Assembly (NCBI GenBank): GCA_958009085.1
Contig: OY253678.1
Coordinates: forward strand, 806,001 to 870,000
Origin: Protoeuglena noctilucae
Lineage: Eukaryota
Length of the DNA: 64,000 nucleotides
Direction of reading: 5' to 3'
In this document: positions 24,408 through 36,400 of the stretch, piece by piece
Layout: every line of letters begins with the position of its first letter
Numbering within the stretch: the first letter of the stretch is position 1
Notes under the pieces: model-generated
Told to the model about the DNA's origin: nothing
The model's input: only the letters and a program-made list of their open reading frames with translations
Database searches by the model: none
Program-made: the position numbers and the translations under genes

Positions 24408-27400
24408 TCATGCGAACCCGAACCCCTCCGACCCCTCGTGGATTGCCTTGAGGAGCCTCTCCCGCAGCTGCTCCTTGCTGTCGTACTCGATGAGGTCGAG
24501 CTGGTTGAAGCACGTGTGTGCCTGGGGGAGGCGGTCCTTGTGGCCATACGCCTTCTGGATCTGGAAGCGCTGCGGCCCTCCCACGCCCTGCAGGCCCTTG
24601 AAACCCTCCAGGGGCACCTGAGGGGGAGAACATGGTGAAAGGGAGATCGAGGTCGGGGGAAGGTTGGTGGGGGCGGGAGGGTCGTGGCTAAGCGACGCTA
24701 ACGAGGCAGCTGCCCCCCACCCACTCATGCCATGCCCATAGCTGCACAGCTGCGCCCCACCCACCCCCAGTCCCGCCACACCCCAAAGCTGCACATCTGC
24801 ACCCCACGCAGTCCCGCCACACCCCACAGCCGCACATCTGCACCGCACCCACTCGTGCCACGACCCCTCCCACCTTGGACGTCCTCGTGACGAACTGCAC
24901 CCCACCTCATCTATATGCACATCCACTCCCGTCATGCTGCCACGTCCTCTCTCACCTTGGACGTCCCCGTGACAAACTGCACGAGCCTGGCGCGGTCCTC
25001 GCGGTCCATCACCCGCAGAATCTCCCAGAACCACTGAATGACGGGGGTGGCCGCGGAGAAGCCCGAGTACTCCGTGTTGGCCCTCAGGTCGTCGATGTCG
25101 ATGTCGGGAAGGCCAGAGATGAGGAGCTCCAGCTCTCCCTCATTGAAAACGGAGACCAGCTCCCGGGGCACCACCTCCCAGAACCCGTCCTGGAAGGCCT
25201 GGATCTGGTCCTTGATCGAGTTGGTCATGATGTGCTTGGCCATCTGGGGCGGATAGGAGAGGGGGTATGAGGGATGGGGCGGGGTGCGTGTGGCGGGGGG
25301 TGCAGCTGCGATGGTCACTGCAGTGCCGTTCCCGATTACCACCCTGCATGCGCGCCCACCACATCCCTGCATGCTACGCATGTCATGCTCACCAAGCTGA
25401 CGCACTCTATGCCCCCCACATCCCTGCACGCATGTCGCTCTCACCACGCTGACGTACTCTACGCCCACCACCCACACCCCTACACGCTATGCATGTGCCT
25501 CTCACCAGGCTGACGTACTCGACGACGTTCTGGTTGGTGACCTGGATGTCCTTGCCCCCCGGCTTGAGCTCGATGACCTCCTTGCGACCAAAGTAGTCCT
25601 GCTCTGCCGTGAAGGTGAGGTCCACCACGTCGGTGATGTCGTTCTCCAGCATCCACTGCGGGAGGAGGGAGAGGGGTGATGGGGATGAGAAAGAGGGGAC
25701 GGGGAGGGGCAGGCTGTGGGGCGAGGTGCAAGCGTATGGGACAGGTGGTAGGGTTTTCAGGGTTGCTGTCATTGAGCGGCAGCTGATGGCCGTGCCAAGC
25801 CATTGACCATGACTGTGTTCACCTTGAGGTTCTTGTAATACTCTGCTATTACACCAATAGCAATAGTCACCTTGAGGTTCTTGTAGTACTCTGGCTCGAC
25901 TGCCTCGACGTCCTCGAAGGAGATGGGCATGCCGATGATGTGCTTGTAGAAGGAGCGCGTGAAGTGCGCGTCCAGCAGCTGGCCGTCCCACAGGGCCTTG
26001 GCTGCGGGAGAGGGGCAGGGGGACGGGTGAGGGAGGGAGGGAGAGTGTGACTGAGAAAGTGAGGGACGGAGTCAGTGATGAGTGAATGAGTGAGTGAGTG
26101 AGGGAGGGAGGGAGGGAGATGTGAGGGACTGAGTGGATAAGTGAGGGAGGGAGGGAGTGAATGAGCAAGGCGGTGCATGAAATGGAATTGCAAAGGCAAA
26201 GCAGCATGCGACACGCCCGTCGCCGCCCTCGCTGCGTCACCCATGCTCATGCTTTCACCATCAAAGCCTCATCCGCAAGCATCTGCAAGCACAACGCACC
26301 CACGATGCGCCCGCAGAACTTGAAGTAGTCGAGGTGCGTGGTCCCCCGCGATGGGTCGTTCTGGACCATCGAATTGGGGTTGGGCTGGAAGGTGGTGCCG
26401 CCCTCAGGGACGTTCACGAAGAGCGAATATGCCGGGTTGAACATCTCCCGCGCCATCACCGTGTACCACTCGCGGGTGAGGCCGCCTGCGTCAATGCCCT
26501 CTTCTCCCACGAACGAGACGTGGAGCTTGCCGCGGAACTGCGCGCCGTCCTTCATGCGCAGCTGCGGGGGGTGAGGGATGGGGGTGGGTGGGGTGGGTGG
26601 ACGAGGGTGGGTGCGAGTCGGAAGGGTGGGTGCGGGTTGCGTGTGGTGCTGTTGGCATGGGGCTTGGGGAAGGGTGGCATGCGTCGCAACGCGTGGTTGC
26701 GCGTGCATGCATGCGGGTGCATATGCAAGCATGTAATTGTGTGTGTGTGTGCAAACTCCACCCCGTCTTCCCTCACCTGCTGGAAGGAGTCCTCGAATGC
26801 CCGGGCGCGGCTGAGTGCGATGCGGAGGGATGCGCCGTACGAGGTGCGGGGGGTGAGCTGGCGTGTCTTGTAGGTGAAGAAGGCGCGCTTGTTGTCGAAG
26901 TCCACCAGGCGAGGGAACTTGAGGAGGGGCGACAGGGCCCGGTCCAGCAGGGCCACGTCCTGCCGAAGGAAGGCGTTGAGGATGCGGCGGTGTCGCTCTG
27001 CCAGGGACGCGAGGTCGGCCTCCTGCCGAGAGGGCGGCAGCGAGAGGGACAGCGGCGCGGCCAGGCGGCTGCCGGGGCGCTCGAGTAACGCCCCGATCTG
27101 CGCCGCCGTGCCGTGCTGGGAGAGCGCGGGGCTGGGGCGGTCCAGGGCGACGCCGGCGGACGACGCTGCAGTGGGGTGGGGTGGGGGTGAGGTGGGTGAG
27201 ACATGAGCGGGGAGAGTAGCATAGAGGTGTTGCGCACAGAGCGCCCCAAGCAACATCAGCGAGTCTCCACAGCCGGCAAATGCCCTCGCCATGCTAACAG
27301 CTGCCCTCGCCAAGCCAGCGAGCGCCAACCTCACCCGTGCCCGCGCCCATCGTGACGCCCTGCATCTGCCGCCGCGAGGCCTTGCGCTCGTGCAGCCCGC

Positions 27401-30400
27401 CCGCCTGGCCCCCGTGCAGCGCCTGCGCCACGCCCATCGCCGTGCTCGCCAGCACCGCCACCGCCTCCACCAGCGGCTGCACCTGGGGGGCACCCCGGGG
27501 CAGCACCCTTGACGCGGCCGTCACCTCCATCCGCACCCGCTTGTCCTCCAGGCCCAGCCCGGCCTCCACGCGCGTCAGGCACTCGTCCAGTGCCGCACGC
27601 AGAGGGGACAGGTCGGACCACGCCGCCTCGAGCGCGGCTGCCGTTTCCTGCGCCCGGGCCTGCACGGCCGCATGCAACGACTGCAGGTGCCGGCGAATGA
27701 CCTCCTCGGGAGCTCCCGCGGGGGCGGGAGTGGGGGACGACGGCCCGGCCCCAGCGGAGGGGCCCTGGCTGGGCAGCCGTGCCGCGGCGGGCGAGGGTGC
27801 GGGGTCGGTGGCGCCACGCAGCTGCTCGGTGTACGAGCCGCCCAGGGCGCGCTCGAGGGTGGGGAAGGTGGCGAAGAGGGCGCGCTCGCGCAGCTGGTCG
27901 GTGTGCAGCCCCGCCCAGGCGACGAGCTGCAGGGCCTTGGTGAGCCGCTGCATGCTGCCGCCCACGACCATGGTGAGGGGCATGGACGCCTCGGAGCCCT
28001 CCAGGGACGCGGCCACGGCGCGGAGGCTCTCCTTCTGCGCGCGAAAGGGGTCGGTACAGGGTCGCACTGGTGGGTAACACGAGTGGGTCACACTCAAGAC
28101 AGCGGCAGTCGTCTCAACGCACAGCGTGAGGGCAAGCGCCCCAACAGTACTGCCGAAGGCGCAGCGCCAAAGGCAGCGCTGGACACGGAGCTGGGTGTTA
28201 CAGTATACTGGGTATTGAGTACTGAACTGCACTGCCCATGTCTCGCCGCTCGCCCCTCGCCGCTCACCACGTCGTCCTGGGCTTTGACGAGCATGGCGCA
28301 GAGGGCCTGCACGAGGGTCAGCTGGTACGCGGGGTCCATCTCCGCGAGGAGGAAGAGGACGCGGATGGCGCGGCTGTACGTCTGCTGGGAGAGGCCCTGG
28401 ATGGCCACCACGTCACTGACGCTCTCCAAGATCTGCGGACCCATCTGCCGCAGCGCCTCCGCCGTCGCCTCCACCGCAGCCTCCGCCTCCGCAGCAAGGG
28501 CCGTCGTGGGAGCCGAACCCGACCCCTTCGCCTCTCCCTCCTCGTCACCCGCGCCATCCTTCTTGTCACCCGCACCCTCCTTCTTGTCGTCGCCCTTCTT
28601 GTCACCACCATCACCCTTCTCATCACCCGTATCCCCCTTCTTGTCCTCTGCCTTGGCCGCCTCCAGGGCCGCCCGGTACGCCGCCTCCTCCCGCTGCATG
28701 CTCTGCGCCGTCACACGCCGCGTCGCCTCCGTCAACATGAGCTCCAGCAGGTGAAGGCTCTTCTCCAGCACCGCGGGGCGGGAACGGGCCTCCGAGGATC
28801 CCACCAGGCTCAGCAGCACCGCAAAGGCCGGGAGCGCCTCGGCATCCCCGGCCGGCGCGGGCGTAGGCGTGGGTGCGGGGGCGGGCGTGGTTGTGGCGTG
28901 GCGAGGAGCGGCGATGTCCGCGACCCCCACGTCCTCCGGCCGGCGCACGGGGGCGCTGAGCAGGGCCAGCGCGGCGTCGCTGTTCTTGCGGGCCAAGTGC
29001 ACGAGGAGGTCCAAAGCGCGCGGCACCACCGTGGCACCCGCACCCACCCCCGCGTCGGGCTCCGACGACGGCGGCGGCGCTGCTCCGGCCGCGGCGACCA
29101 CCTCGGCGATGGTCCGCGCCGCGGCGGGCGGGGCCGGGGCCGGCGCGGGCGTGGATGAGGGAGCGTTGTCCATCCCCGCCCCGGCTGCTAGGGCCAGGGC
29201 CGAGGGCTGGCCCCGGACAGGGCGCAGAAGGCTCATCAGCATCCCCATCAGCTGCTCTCTCGTCTGCGGGTGCGGGGGAGGCGTGTCTTGTACGGGAGTG
29301 CTCATGCAAGCGACTCGTGCCTAGCGAAGCGCGTGCCAGGTCAAGCCCAGGACCCCTGTGCCGGTCCGCCCCGCACCTGGTGGTGTGCGCAGAGGTTCCC
29401 GAAGACGCGCTCGATGGAGGTGCGGCCGAGGGGCTGCCCCATGGCCAGCAGCCGCACGAACGCATGCAGCTGCTTCCCGTGCACAAACGGCGGCCCCTGC
29501 AGCGCCGCGCTGCTGGACGCCGACCGGCCCGACGGCGGCTGCATGAGCGACTGCTCGACGTCGTGGAGCATCCGCGTGGCCGTGTCCGCCAGCCGCCACG
29601 GCTCGGGCTGGCGCGGGGGTGCCGGCCGTCGGGGCGCCACCCCCGTGGTCATACGCGCCCGCACGGTGCCACCCCCGACCGTGGGCATGTCCAGCACCAC
29701 CCCCGCGGCCTCCTGGAATCGCCGGAAGAGCCCCGCGTTCTGCTCCCGCAGAGACCGCGCCTCTTCCCGGAACTGCGGCTGCAGCGCCGCCAGCATGGCG
29801 TCGTCCAACGACAGCAGCACGTCGTGGCGCACGTCGGCGGGGAACGTCGCGAGGATCGCGTTCATGTCCGCCGCCTGCCCGGCCAGATCCGCGTCTGCGC
29901 CAGCGCCCTCTCCGCCAGCCGCTGCTGTCGCCCCCGCCTCCCCCGATGGGCCTGCCCCAGTACCCGCACCCGCACTCGCCCCCGCGCCAGAGCCCGGCTG
30001 CCCCTGCCCCTCCTGGCCCCGCTGCTGCGTCTGCCGCTGCTGCTGCTGGAGGAGGCGCTGTGCCAGACGCATCTGACGTGCGATGCGCTGCTCCTCCAAC
30101 ACCTCTGCTTGGATGTCGGGTGGCAGCGCCGCCAGCACCTCCGGATCGATTGCGTCGCCCTCGTCGTCGTCGGTATCCGCCGCGCCGCCTCCCGTTGCGG
30201 CAGCGGCTGCGCCCGTCGCCCCACCGGTTGCGCCGGTTGCTGCATCGCCCGCACCCGCCGCATCCGATGCCGGCTGCCCCTCCGGCTGCGAGGGGGCAGC
30301 GGCCGCGCCAGGAGCTGCGAGGGAGAAAGAAGAACGCGCGTCCACGCCAGCTTGTTCGCTTTTGCTAGCAAAACACACCTCCTGCCCCACCCCACACACT

Positions 30401-33400
30401 CCGCCCCGCCCTGCACTCACCTTCCCCGCCACCCGACCCCGGCGCTTCCTGCCTCTCCCTGGCGGCGCGCTCACTGCGCCTCTGCAGCGCGTCCGTGGCC
30501 CGCATGGCCGCCATTTGCAGCCGGTGGGTCGCAAGCACCTCTGCCCTCAGATCCGGGGGCAGCGCGTCCAAGAAAGCAGGGTCAATCGCATCCCCGCCCT
30601 CCCCGTCCTCCTCCTCCTCGCTCTCCTCCTCATCCCCGGCGTCCATGGGACCCCCCACCCTAGCCCTAGCCCCAGCGGCAGGCTCGGTGGCGGTGGCGGT
30701 GGCGGTGGCAGCGCGAGCCTCTGCGCCACCCTCGGCCGCCTCCGCAGGTCGCTGGGACGGCGCAGACGCCTGCCCCGGCTGCTCCGGCTCCTCAGCCTGC
30801 CCCTGTGCCCCCGCCTGCTCTGGCACCTGCTGTGGCTGTGATGGTGGCGTCGCCCCTCCCGCTGCCGCAGCTGGCTCCGCAGGCGCCGCGTCCGTCGTCT
30901 CCCCCGACGACCCGCCCTGCGCCTGCCCCGGTGCCGCACCGCCACCCTCCGCCTGCCCAGGCCGGGGCGCATCCCCCGCACCCGCCCCCGACGCTCCGGC
31001 ACCCTCGCCCTCCCTGCCCCGCTCCCCGCGCACCCTCCCGCTCAAGGCCGCCCGCTCCCTGTCCCGGAAGAGTTCCCGTAACTCCATCATCTCCCTGCGA
31101 GCCTCTCCTGCATCCCACGACCACCCCTCGGGGACCCGACCCGCCCCCGCCTGCCGTGCCGGGGCCGGGGCAGGGGCCGGGAGGTTGCTGTCCGCCAGGA
31201 TGCGGGACTCGAGGCCGGAGATCAAGTTCCGGATCGCATCGACCGGCTCCGCGGTCGACAGCACCTGCCGCAGACTACGGCCGCCCGTCGACGGGGGCGG
31301 TCCCAAGTCCTCGAAACCACCCGACGGCTCCGCGTAGCCCGGGGGCCCCCGCAGGCGCTGCATCCATCGCTGCGCGGCGTCGCCCTCGGCCCCCGCGTTT
31401 CCGGCCGGCCCCTGGCCCCTCACTGGCATCCGTGCCAGGAGGTGGTGCATGGCGGGGATGCGTGCCACCAGCTGCCCCATCCGACGCATCGCCTCGTCGG
31501 AAGGGGCACCGTCGCCCGTGCCACGGTCCAGGTACACCTCGTAGTAGAGGTTGGGCCGGCCGGGGATGCCGCCGCGCGCCTGCGGGCGAAAAGGGAGACG
31601 CGCGTTGCATTGCGGGGAGCAACAAGGCAGCGCATGGGGCTGGCGCAGGAACAAGGGGCCAAACACGACGCGCTCTTCTCTTCGCTTCATATCACAAACG
31701 TTATCGCCAGTCATTGCTCGCCGCCAGCCGCCCTCACCAGGACCGGCAGGAGCGCAGCATCGGTGAGCTGCAGTGTCACGCTCTGGGATCGCCCGCCCCC
31801 GGGCCACCCCGGCGCCCTGGGGCTCCCCAGCCTGAGCATCTCCTCCTCGTCGAGCATGCGCAGGTGCTCTGACCCCATCAGCAGCGCCGCCGGCTGCCGC
31901 CCGCGCCCCGCCATCCGCGGCACGTCGCGGAAGACCCGGTGGAGCGCCCCGCGGCCCATCCCCGGCATGCGCGCGATCGCGTGCAGCATCCCGCCCATGT
32001 CCGGCGCCCTGTCCCGCTCCTCCCCCAGCAGCTCTTCGAGGGCCTGGCCCATGGTACCCATGGGGTCGCCCCACCCGCCCATGCCCATCCGCACCAGCCG
32101 CGGCACGCCGTCGCCCCTCTCCCCCTCCACGAGCGCGGGCAGCCCGTCTCCGTCCGCATCCCCGTCCCCGTCCCCGTCCCCGTCCCCCTCCCCACCCTCC
32201 TCCTCCGTCCCCACGTCCATCCCGTCCTCCAACCCCAGCAGCTCCCGCTCCTGCGCCGACAGCCCCTGCCCCATCATCTCCATCAACTCCTCGTCGTCCT
32301 CATCATCCTCCTCATCCCCGTCATCCTCTCCCTCGTCCCCCTCTTCCCCCTCATCGCCCTCCATCAGCTCCGCACCCAGCCCCGCCGCCGCTCCCGCCAC
32401 CGCCTCGACCGCCGCCTCCACCCCCGCAGCATCCACGCCCTCCCCGTGCGCCCCCTCCTCACTGGAGCTCGACTCGCTGCTGCTGATCACGTCCCCGCCG
32501 TAATGGTCCCCGTCTGACCCCATCCCATCGTCCTCCGAGTCGCCAGAACCACCCCCGTGCTGCTCCTCCCCCTCGCTGAACATCTCCTCGTCATCCTCGC
32601 CCTCCCCGCCCTCGTCCGCCGCCGCGTGCACCGGGCCCTCCACGCCCATCAGCACGTCCCCGGCCAGCGGAGAGTGTGGCACCGCGTCGCCAGACACCGA
32701 ACGCAGCCGGGGGCTACGGTCTCGGTCCTCAGACGTGTGAGACGGCGAGCGGGAGCGGGAGCGGGAGCGCGACCGGGAGCGGATGCGGTGACCCAAGAGG
32801 CCGCTTCCCTCCTCCTCGCTCTCCTCCTCTCCCCCGACTGCCCCCATGAAGTCCCGAACGAGCATGCGCAAGAAACCCGACACGGACGGCATCCCGTCCG
32901 GCGCGCCGGGCGCAGGCACGCCCATCAGGCGCTGAGCCATCGCGGCCGCCTCCGGGCCCGCCCGCGCGCCTAACCACGTCCCGGNNNNNNNNNNNNNNNN
33001 NNNNNNNNNNNNNNNNNNNNNNNNNNNNNNNNNNNNNNNNNNNNNNNNNNNNNNNNNNNNNNNNNNNNNNNNNNNNNNNNNNNNNNNNNNNNNNNNNNNN
33101 NNNNNNNNNNNNNNNNNNNNNNNNNNNNNNNNNNNNNNNNNNNNNNNNNNNNNNNNNNNNNNNNNNNNNNNNNNNNNNNNNNNNTTACGATGCGCCCCCT
33201 GCTGCTCGCCTGCGCCGCCAGCTCCTCGGCGCGTGGGTTGTACGTCTCCCTAACGTGCTGCAGCCGCCGCTCGAGCTCGCCCTCGCCCAGAGCCCTGTCG
33301 ACGCTGGCGGCGAAGGCCGAGCGTTGCTCCCGCACCCTCTGCGCCTCTCCCTCGCCCTGGTTGGCCTGCTGCACGAGGTACTGGATGGCGGCATCGACGC

Positions 33401-36400
33401 GGCCGTCCACGGCCGCCAACGCCGCCCTGGCCTCTTCCTCGGTGAACCCCATGTCCCGCAGCTGACGGATCTTGGACGCCGAGGGAGGGCCCGACGCGGT
33501 GCCGGACCCTGACCCTCGCAGGCGCCCGTTACGCCGCAGCGTCATGCCCACGCGCGCCGTCCCGGCCATGCACCGCACGATCATCCCAGACAGCAGGGCC
33601 GAGACGGCGGGGCCACCGTGGCGCGTCAGGCGCAGGTTGGCCCACACGGGCGCCAGCGCCGCCAGGCACTGCTCTTGCAGGACCTGGACGAAGCTCTCCC
33701 CCGTGCCGCTGATGGCAGGGGCGGTGGGCAGGGGCAAGGGCACTGCGGGGGTGGGGCGGGGGGCAGGGCGCGCGTCGGTCCAGAGAAGTGACGCCGATCA
33801 AGATTTGCCTCTTGAAATCGTGCGTTTTCAAAGTGGCGGAAGTGATGCTGGGTGATGGGGAGAGGCAGCTCACCCGTGAGGAGCTGGAGGGCGTTGGGGC
33901 TCTGCAGGACGTGCGACGGGGAGGTGCACCAGTCCAGGACGACCAGGCAGTTCATCAGGGCCTTCCTCGCGCTCTCCATCAGCAGCTCCACCCGCTGCTC
34001 CTCCTCCCCGGGGGGCGACGGCTCCGTGCCAGAAACGCCAGACGATGGCGTCGGCGCTGCCCTGTCCACCTCCTCCTTCAGCGCCGCCAAGCGGTCCAAG
34101 ACATCTCCTGCGAAAAACACGCGATGCCTCGTCATGTCATATGACCACAAGATACAAATATGACATGTCCTATCTGCATCAACCCTAGCCCATGCATCCG
34201 GCCGTGCCCTGGCCAAAGCGACTCACCGGCGCGCTTGGCCGCCTCGAGGAGCTTCGCGGGTCCGTTGAGCTGGCCGAAGTAGTTAAGGATGAGCGCGTGG
34301 CTGTGGTTGCGCCGCGAGTCCACCAGCACCGCCATGCCGCTGTCGGCCACCATGCCCGTGCACCCCAGGCGCCCCACGAGCTCCAGCTCCTTGCTGGCCT
34401 CGAGCGTCACCTCCCCCGGCGACGGCAGGAGCGTCCACATCTGCCCCGCCTGCTCCACGGCCAGCAATGCCAGGAACGCACTCACCGACTTGACCGCCTC
34501 CGGGGGCGCCTCCGATGGGGCCTCCCGCTTCCGCATCGGCTGGTGCGAGGCCTTCGCCAGGCTGCTGAACAGCAGCGTGAGCGCCCGCGTGACCTGCCCC
34601 AGCACCTCGTGCGTGACCTCCACAGGTGTCCGGTGGCGACCCCCAGACCCAGGGACCGTCGCCCCCACACCGGGCGCCTGGCCCAGACGGGGGAAGTCCC
34701 GCCCATCCCCGGGCAGGTCTCCGTCCTCCACCAGCGGCCGCGCCAGCGATGGCACGTCCAGGCGAGCCATGCGGGACATAGATGCCGGGCCACCCGCGTC
34801 ATCGTCGTCGTCATCGCCACCCCGCCCCTCGTCCGCCGCAGCGCCGCCCGCCGCGCCCGCCGCCTCCTGCGGGTCCTGCTGCCGCCGCTTCTCCTCGGCA
34901 GCCAGGTGCTGGGCCAGCACCGCCGTCTGGTAGTTGACGTACCGCTCGATCCGCGCCAGCGTGGGCAGCAGCGGGGCACCCGAGCCGGGCGGCTCGAGGG
35001 CCGCGATCCCGAGCAGCACGGCAGGGCGGGCGTTGCGCGCCACCACGGCCGTCGCCGCCATCGCCGCCTCGAGCGCGGCCATCTCGCGCACCATGCGTGC
35101 CAGCTCCTCGCCCTCCATCGCCGTCACGGGCTGGGGGAGGGGCGCCCCCCGCGCCGCCGCCGCGTCCATCTCCGGATAGATGCGGGCCACCGCGTCGCCC
35201 ACCTGCTGCAGCAGCACCTGCCGCGCGGCCTGGGTCGCCCGGTCCGCCTGGGTGTGCTGCAGCACCTTCACCAGCAGCACCAGCGCGCGCCCCGGAGCGA
35301 ACTGCGTCGTCGTCCACAGCGCCCCGGCCGTCAGCTGCAGGCACGGCAGCTTGATGAGCGCCACCAGCAGCCGCAGCGCCCCCGCTTCGATCAGCTTCTC
35401 GCAAAGGGGCGAGTTGCTCATGACCGTCTCCATCATCTTCGAAACGTTGATCAGCAACTGTGGGAGGCGCTCCCGGTCCTCCGCCGTCCAGGGCTCCTGC
35501 TCCCACACGGCACGCAGGTGCCCAGGGGAATGGTCCACCCCATCGTCCGCCTCCGCGTCCGGCGACCCAGGCGTTGCAGGAGACGGGGAGGCCGACCCCT
35601 CCCCGCTCGCGCCCGTCGTACCCGCACCCGCGCCAGCGCCGCCACCCTCCGCGCCCCGCATCTCAGCGTCCCCAGCTGCCCCGCCCGACGGCCCCGCCCC
35701 AGCAGCAGCCGCCGTCCCAGCACCCGCATCGGCTGTGCCGGCACTTGCAGCGGCCGTGCCAGCACCCGCGGCGGCCGTGCCAGCGTCGGGCACCTCTGCG
35801 GTGGCCATCTCCGCGTCCCCCGACTCCGCACCTGGCCCTTCTCCGCCCAGCCCCTCCATGGCAGCCTCGGGGCACCCCGCAATGAGGCACAGGCGGCGGA
35901 AGATTCCCATCAGCGCCTCCACCCCGTGCGCCTGCAGCGTCGGCTGGTGGCGGATCAGCTCGTCGATGGCTGATCCAACCTGCAGCGGCGTCTCACCCTG
36001 CGAGCGATGTAACGACACGAGTGCATCGTTGAGGTCACATCGGACGCCGGCCCAACTTCTATAACATACTATGAAGGGCTTGCAAACCCATTTTGTACTA
36101 AGCAAAGCTTGCTGTCTTTGCCCCGTGACACGTGCGATGGAGCACCCGGCTGGCTGCGCCCCAGCCACCGCGCTGCGTCACTGCTCTCGGCTCTCACCTG
36201 GAGCGACTTGAGGTGCCGGGCGCTGGTGAGGACGCGGATGAGGGACGCCAGGGGGTTGGCCTGGCGTGCCAGCTTGAGCCCCTCCAGATTGAGGCAGATG
36301 GCATAGAGAGCCTGGGGAATGCTGACCACGGCGTCCTGCGCGGTGGTGGGCACCGGGAGACGCGACAGGCCTTCCAGGAACGTCTGCGAAGACGGGAGGA

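Noticed and set aside
24700..25900. Short spaced repeats as a CRISPR array
   Set aside because: The context is eukaryotic and intronic, there are only 2-3 degenerate copies, the repeats derive from exon sequence, and no cas genes are present.
32900..33250. Frame break suggesting a UPL1 pseudogene or two separate genes
   Set aside because: It coincides with the 200-N assembly gap, and domain order on both sides is that of a single HUWE1/UPL1 protein.
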